Shown: piece by piece, positions 56,571-64,000 of the stretch
Layout of the letters: each line of letters starts with the position of its first letter
Position numbering within the stretch: the stretch's first letter is position 1
Source: the human T2T-CHM13v2.0 reference genome, Homo sapiens
NCBI RefSeq assembly: GCF_009914755.1
Contig: NC_060933.1
Direction: 5' to 3' (one strand)
DNA length: 64,000 nucleotides
Notes under the pieces: model-generated
Told to the model about the DNA's origin: nothing
The model's database searches: none
What the model saw: the letters and a program-made list of their open reading frames with translations, nothing else
Made by a program: the position numbers and the translations under genes

Positions 56571-58363
56571 TTCTTAACTCCTAAAATGGAAAAGTGTACT
56601 TCACACAAAATAATTGATATCTTGACAATAAGGTTATTTTGTCTACTTCTTGGTTAAAATTTGAATATTAATTTATGATAATTCAGTCAAAGTTAGTTAT
56701 TATATAATCTCTATTACGGTCAGTCTTGTGGTTGAATTGGTTGTGTATTCCTTTATCTGTTGCCACCATCACTGGTTTACGAGCCTCTGGAAAGCAGCAA
56801 GGGATATTATGTACCTCCCACACCACCTAGAACAGTATCTTGTACACAGTTCATGTTCAACAATTATTTGTGGAGTGGAATTGATTATGCTATCTAGCCT
56901 TTAGGAATATATCAGCCAATCTTGGGAAAGGGTGAGATATAGATTTCAATAGACAGATGCCTATCTTCTAGTCACCATAGTTTTGTTAAGATCAGGGAAA
57001 AATAAAAACAAACCACAGAAAACCATCTTGGCAGTGACAACACTGGCAAACCTTATACTAGATCAAGATCTTTCAAATTTTTGGCCCTGACCCAGAATAA
57101 GAACATTTACATGACTCAGCACACACATACATCTATAGAGATCTATAATTAAAATAAACAGTTTATTCTTCTCTATGCTACCTGTGAAATAATCTACTGT
57201 TTCCTTTTCTATTTCAATGTTTAAGAAATGTTCAATTTTTAAGGAATTTTTAAGGACTAAAGACAACATTTCCCAACTCCTTTGTAGGACCATTCACAGG
57301 TTACAAGAATAACCAAATTATTTCACAATAGATGGTTTGGAAAACAACTCATTTGAGCAAGATCATAATTGACCACTAGTCCTGTGGCAGCCTTATAGGC
57401 CAGCTGCTTCCATACCTATCAGAGGTTGGGGAGACCTTCCTTGGCTTTCACCTTTTCTTTCCTACACATGCAAGTCTACAGAGGCTGCCTTGAACCCATA
57501 AGGTCCCACCAGTGGGCCCTTGTTTTCTTAGACTACAGCTCCAGGCAACAGTTGGTAAACCTACACTAGTGTTGCAGACTGACCTGTGTCTCAAGGAAGT
57601 TCAATGTGAATAAATCTTTAATTGTTAAATGTAGAACTTGTACAATGAAAATAGACGGCAATATTATAATCAACTTAAGTGGATGAAAACACTTAGGAAG
57701 GAGGAATAGATTTCACATTTAGTCCTCGGATTCAACTGATTTTCTCTAGAAATCAGAGCAACTCAGAAATATGACTTCAGCTTTTTCAAATTCCAAATGT
57801 GAGTTTTCATCACAGGTTGCTGAAGGCCACAATAGTTTTCACAAGGTTGAAGAAGCTGCCTTTTTCCTTCTTAGAAGCTCTAGCAACCATTTTCTGACCC
57901 TGAGATTCACAAGCAATCAACACCTCTACTAATTTCCAGAAACTCGAGTCCCGAATCATGGCATTTCTGATAAAGGCTACAAATGAGGCAATTCTTGATA
58001 AGATGAAGGGGGAAATAGTAAAGACTCACAGCGTGCAAGGTCTCCAATACCCTCACAAACCCTCCAAGTCCAGCTCTTCATGCCACCAGAGAAAACTCTA
58101 GGTTGACGCAAAATGCAGATCACTTTGCCCTTGTGATACAGTCAATCATCTCCTGGGGATAGAGCTATAAAACAAATATACTAGCTAAAAACAATTGTTT
58201 AATAAAAACTACCCTAACAAAAGACAAGCATCCAAGTAAACCTACTACTTTACTCATAGTTATTTGAATAGTTATGTCCTAAGTACCATATTAAAAGTCT
58301 TACAAGAATTATCTCATTTTCCAGATGGAGGAGATGAGACACAGAAGATGTAAATAATTCATC

Positions 58364-59214
58364 TGTGCAAGAAGGCAGTTGTCTCCTAAAATCTATTATC
58401 CTCTTCTTATTTTAATAATAAACCTCTGAGTTTTAGCTGGGCACATAACCACCAGACTAAAGACAACATTTCTCAACGCCTTTGTAGGACCATTGTCTAC
58501 AATGGCATTGTCTACTATGGCAGCTTGAGCTGCCATAACAAAATACCGTAGACTGAGTGGCTTAAGCAACAGAAATTTATCTCTCACAGTTCTGGAAGCT
58601 GGTAAGTCCAAGATCAACGTGTTGGCCAGTTTGGTTCCTGGTGAGGGCTCTCTTCCTGGCTTGCAAATGGCAGTCTTCTTGCTGTGTCCTCTCACAAGGC
58701 AGAGAGAGATGGAGAGACAGCAAACTCTCTGGTTTCTTCCTAGAAAGGAGCTAATCCCATCAATAAGGACCCCACTCTAATGACCTCATGTAAACCTAAG
58801 AACCTCCCAAGGTTCCACCTCCTAATGCCATCACTTTAGGGGTTAAGGCTTCAGCATATAAATTTGGATGGTGGACACAAACATTCAGTTCATAACAGCC
58901 ATAGAGTTAAGTCTTAGGCAATGGGCTGTGACTGAAAGTGACCCATTGACTTGTCCCATAAAGAGACATGCTCTCCACTTCTCTTCTTTCCTTCCCAGTG
59001 GCTGAGATGCAGATTTGGTGATGGGAGCTGGAGCTCTGCTTTGGACCACAAAACAGATGCTGTGGGTTGAAGGTGGAAGAGCAATGAGAAACTAGATACT
59101 GTGAGGTTGTCACATAAACCCTAATGTGTATAGGGTGATACAAACCTCTATCCTATTGGAGCCACTTTACTTTGGCCTTTGCTACAACAGCTGAATCTGC
59201 ATCGTAACTAATTC
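58364..59214 (+). mobile_element. Old MLT1 (I/J-like) LTR, split by MLT1A and itself inside a MIR
   Basis: GAGTTTTAGCTGGGCACAT..AAAGACAACATTTC, resuming at 58898 to GCAGCTGAATC-like end ..TAACTAATTCA; MIR halves at ~58240-58363 and ~59215-59315. Confidence 0.65.
58494..58897 (-). mobile_element. MLT1A-like solo LTR with rearranged end
   Basis: GCTGCCATAACAAAATACC...TCTCACAGTTCTGGAAGCTGG...AACATTCAGTTCATAACA; TSD ACCAT/GCCAT. Confidence 0.9.
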
Positions 59215-62200
59215 ATTATCCAGGTCGCAACACTGATAAATAACAGAGCCTGTTATTTGAACTCAAATCTGTGTAAATCCAAAGCCCAGTCTCTTACTGA
59301 CTATACAGTACTGCCTGCAAAAACCAAAAGGTTAAAGTATAACAAAAGGAGGTCAAGCTGACACCCAGAGAAAGTGCTAAATGCAAAATAATTTTAGCTC
59401 TTTGAGGTCTGAAACAAGCCTGTGCCACTTACACTAAAAGTTCACGTGTCCCAATTGTGAATAAAAACACTAATAAACATTCGGAAGAATGGAGGAGCAT
59501 GCCGCAAAACTGAACTACCCAAGTACAATTCTGACAGTGGCAGATAAGGGCTGGATTCAGGTTTACTGTGGGAAGCAACAATTGTAAACCACCCACGGTG
59601 ATAACACCATATCAGGGACACTTCCCAGTTGAAGTCCACTGTGGTAGCACCAAGGTTCTTTGGTTGTGGTCACCTCTCACCCCACTCACCTAAGGCGTTT
59701 CTAAAGCCCAGCTCCCAGTAGCACCCTAGAGCCTGAAATTGGAGAGCAGTCACTTGGAGATCTACACTGTGAATGAATCAGGTCTGGTCCTACAGGCTAG
59801 CCCACTCCGAGAACCTAAGCAGGCATTTCCCCCTCAGCAGGAAAGCCTCCGTTTCCATCCCAAAGCCGCTCTGGGAACATTCATTTGATTTAGTTGAAAT
59901 GGACAAACAAAACCTAAATCATCTGGTTTTAGACCTGAAAGATTTTCAAATCCAGCAAGTAAGCACTCTTTACGCGTTTTTCTATCTACACCCCACCCCT
60001 GCCGATGCCCTCACCACCTCCTCCCTGCCACCTTGTGACACAAACACTGTGAGAAAGCACTTTAATGCAAACAGGAGGATTGTGAAGAAACTGTGCCTGT
60101 TTCTTTCATTTCTGAAGACATTACTAAAATCCATTCTGACCCAAATGCAGAGCTAGGGGCCACATCTCACAGCCAAGCAACAAGGATTCCAAGCCAAAAC
60201 AGCCCCAGCTTTTTGTGACTGTGGAAGAATGTAGTCCAGAAATGGTTTCCAGCCTGCCCAGTGGCAGAAACCGAAATCCGACACCCCAGAGAGAGTCCCA
60301 ATTCCCTGTAAACAAAGAAGGGAGGAATCGTTTACTACAGCCACTGAAGTCTTAATATAAGGCTCCAAGTATGTCAGGCACACCAAACAAATTTAGCTTC
60401 ACCACCTGTTCCGGAAAAGAAACGCCCAGCCAAAATCCCCCCAAAAGTGCACAGATATTCTCAGTGTGGATTAGCTGGGAGTCTTTTCAAATATATTCTA
60501 TATTAGAGTTTGTAAACTGGGCACTTGATGTATACCACATGGCTGCCGCGTAAGACGTGAAGTTTTTGTTCTGTGCCTCAGAAAATCACACTCTTTTGCT
60601 CCATAGTTTTCAGATAAAATTTTACAAAATGGTAAGAAATCCTAAAAAAGAAAGAAAAAAGAAAAAAAAAGAAGAAAGGAGCTTACAGTCTTATTGGAGG
60701 AAAAACACACGTACTTGAAAAATTCCATTATCTAAGAGGTATGCAGACAGTGTGGTTAATTGCCAAAAAAAAAAGTGGGCTAGGTGATAATTGATAAAAC
60801 ACAGATGTGTAAGCATGTCAGGGCCAAGAGGTATAAAATGCCATTGTATAGACAGGTGACAGAAAAGTAATGCCTCAGTTAAGCCATGCAAAGGGTCAAA
60901 AAAATAAAATCAGGGCAAATGCCAAAATCTAGTTCCACTCAACATTTACTTGCAAAGCACCTTCTAGTCTATGGATTCTGATAGATCAAATTGAGAATGC
61001 CTGTAAATTGTTTAGGAAAATGCCAAGCACCTGCTAAACTTTCAACAAATGCTCATTGCTCCAGTTGCTGTTAAGACAAAACTACGCACCCAGGGTATGC
61101 TGCACCTCCCATGAACTTGCTGAACTTCTATCCTTCCTTTAAGACTCAACTCAAACCTCCTCTCTGAAGCTTTCCTTGGCCCCAGGTCCCCTCCCCAGGC
61201 AGTGTTAGGAGCCCCTTTGTCAGTGCTCCCAATGCACAGTCTTATATACACAGTCCCCCTAGAGATCCAGGAAGAACTTAAAAGTAAGGCACAAAAACTA
61301 TATATCTATGAATCTAATGTCTACTTTGAAGCATTCTTGAAGAATGAATGAGCGCTGAGTGCTAGAAGGAAAGAAGGCAGGAAAACAGGTCAGTGAGAAA
61401 ACCTGAATATGCCCCAACCTCACCAATCTCCAGATACATATGAGGTCTCACCAACATTAAATCTCAGTGTGAGAGCAACAGACCTACTCATATTACTGAC
61501 ACAGGAACCCAATCCTTTCCAAAATTGCCCTGAGTTTCTTCTGAGGTTCTCCAGAAAGTGTTTCTCAGGTGCTCACGAGTCAGTTCTGCCTACCACTCCT
61601 CATTTTCCTTGGGAACTCTGAGCCCACTCCTTGCCCCATAACACCACTGCCTCTACAGCTGTACCATAGCATTGGGAGCAGCAGCTCTGCCCAGGCCCAG
61701 ATCCCTGCGGAGTCGCCCAGGCACAGGCTCTCTTTTCTGGCTGTGCGTCAACAGCTGGACTGTCCCATGAGAAATTAGAAAGGAAAGGTACGCGCTCTAT
61801 CCACCACAGAACTCAGGAAATGGACTGCAGCTGAGGGTGGGAGCAGGCTAAATCATCAGATAGCTGAAATGGGATTTTCAGGTAACACACACAGCAGCCA
61901 TTTCTCTCCTTCCCCACTGGGTGCCCATGGGTATCCAGAAAAGCAGAGTTAGAGTGGGAGCAAGTGCCAGAATCCTCAAGCCCTCCTGCTGAGTCTGAAT
62001 GGGGGTGGTACCCACTCCGCTTCTTTCCCCAACAGGAAACTCTCGAAGGGTCCTGCCTCAGGGTTGTTTTATCCACTAGCTGCTCTAGACACAGTGCCTG
62101 TGGCCTTCCAGCTATTCAGTCAACAGCATATGAAAATGGTGAGACCTACTATAAAAAGTATTTATTCCAAAATTTTTTTAAAAACATACATAATTGAAAT

Positions 62201-62469
62201 GAATAAATATTTATCTAAAATGATTATCAAATGTAACATTACATCAACTCAAATACTATTTCCTTAAGGACATTCATCACCATAACGTGGGTGCATTTGC
62301 ATTTGTTGGAATGATATGGGATGGCGTCTCCAAAAGTAAGATCCCTGACAGCCTCTGTAGTCAAAACAGGTGGCTCCTCCCTGCAGTCTGGTTTCTCTGA
62401 CCGTCGTCAGCCTCCTAACTCTGCCAAGCCTGTCTAAAAAGACTGCAACCCGATTATAGGTACACTTCA

Positions 62470-62755
62470 ATTTTCAAAAAAAATTGTTATAGAAATGTTT
62501 GACTATACAGAAAAGAATACTATCAACCCATATGAAGCACTCAAGACCCAGCTACAATGTTCATGAACCCACAGCCAATGCATACCTCCTTTCCCTCCAG
62601 CAAATTCCAGATATTGTATCATTTCATCCATAAATATTTGATATATATATTTACATATATATAAAATCTTTAAACCTTTTTCAACCTACATACAATAGTA
62701 TTATCATACCTAAAATACTGTAATTAATAATTTCTAATACCATAAAGTATCCAGT
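62470..62755 (-). mobile_element. L1MC/ME 3' fragment
   Basis: ATATTGTATCATTTCATCCATAAATATTT...TTATCATACCTAAAA..TTAATAATTTCTAATA. Confidence 0.6.
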
Positions 62756-62951
62756 AAGGATAGAATCTAATTTTTACTTCTTCCTTAGCCTTCAGGTAAG
62801 TCAGTCAATGGAAGTAGTTTGGTTTTGTTTTTGTTGCTGCTGTTGTCGTTTGGAAGAGGTCACTTTACCCACCATCTGCATCAATCAATTTCCAGCCCAG
62901 GAAAACTCCTAATAGGTAAGACTGAAAGAGAAGAAATGAAAAGGAAGATGG

Positions 62952-63447
<496 letters not shown>

Positions 63448-63917
63448 TTAGCAGGTATGTCTGAAACATGTTCAATCCTTCTGTTACAACAGCCAGCAGA
63501 AGAGGTCTCCTCACGCTGAGGGAATCATTGATGGTGGTCTTTGACAGCACTAGCAGCGTCTCTGGGACTTCACCAGCTGAACACAATAAGCTTCACAAGC
63601 CTGCTCCTCTTGAAGAGAAAATAGTTTTTAAGTGGATTTTATTTCAAGGCAGGCTGGCAATTCAACAGACACAGGCAGGCAAAAATGTTACAGAGCCAAC
63701 AGCAAGTTTTGTTTTAATTCACATTATGCAAAACAAATGAATTTGAGGTACTTAAAAAAATGTTCTCTTCACCTCATTCTCATTGAGAAAGTAAAAATTG
63801 TTCTCCCTCTTTCTGCTAAGAACCATAATTATTATAAAACCACAGGAGGAGCTCTGCGACACTGTAAAATGTTTTCATAGTTAAACGATTGTATCTTTCT
63901 TTGTTTTTTGTGGACAG

Positions 63918-64000
63918 TCATATCTGGGAGATGTCCCTCTGTCTGTGAAGAAAACTCCAGTCTCTTCAGCCTGGAATCCAATCTATGCCCACCTTACCTA
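63918..64000 (+). other. Candidate exon start (runs off the window)
   Basis: tatctttctttgttttttgtggacag| acceptor at 63917; possible upstream donors CAG|GTATGT (63454) and CAG|GTAAGT (62795). Confidence 0.3.

Noticed and set aside
57506-57518. CTCF-like CCACCAGTGGGCC
   Set aside because: Mismatches at informative positions; single motif with no supporting evidence.
59773-60156. 127-aa ORF in unique DNA
   Set aside because: No recognisable domain, no clear promoter or poly(A) context, and a length expected by chance. The same applies to ORFs 22316-22657 and 34614-34952.
63991-64000. Minus-strand AG|GTAAGG donor at the window edge
   Set aside because: Any exon would lie outside the window, and it conflicts with the plus-strand acceptor reading; cannot be evaluated.

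Overview
Primate genomic DNA, very probably human: it carries AluJ/AluS, L1PA7/8, THE1, MST, MER41 and MER57 elements. It is AT-rich and CpG-poor with no CpG island, and repeats occupy roughly half the window. I recognise no protein-coding exon. The longer ORFs are read-throughs of Alu, L1, LTR or microsatellite sequence, or chance ORFs. The window starts in what looks like the 3' end of a processed retrocopy (parent gene not identified), nested in an Alu that is itself nested in an L1PA7. The rest is intronic or intergenic sequence with about 25 Alus, several L1s (one twin-primed 5'-inverted L1PA8, one near-full-length L1MB carrying five nested insertions), many solo LTRs, a Tigger3-family transposon and a 360-bp polypurine microsatellite. 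Splice-signal-bounded non-coding exon candidates occur on both strands, and there are several TF-motif clusters. The most unusual directly visible signal is a series of template-switch or repair scars: perfect hairpins, a micro-inversion, a 40-bp copy 1.2 kb from its source, and a tailless Alu patch. I found no new protein-coding or prokaryote-like system. Subfamily names are from remembered consensus sequences and need RepeatMasker/Dfam confirmation.
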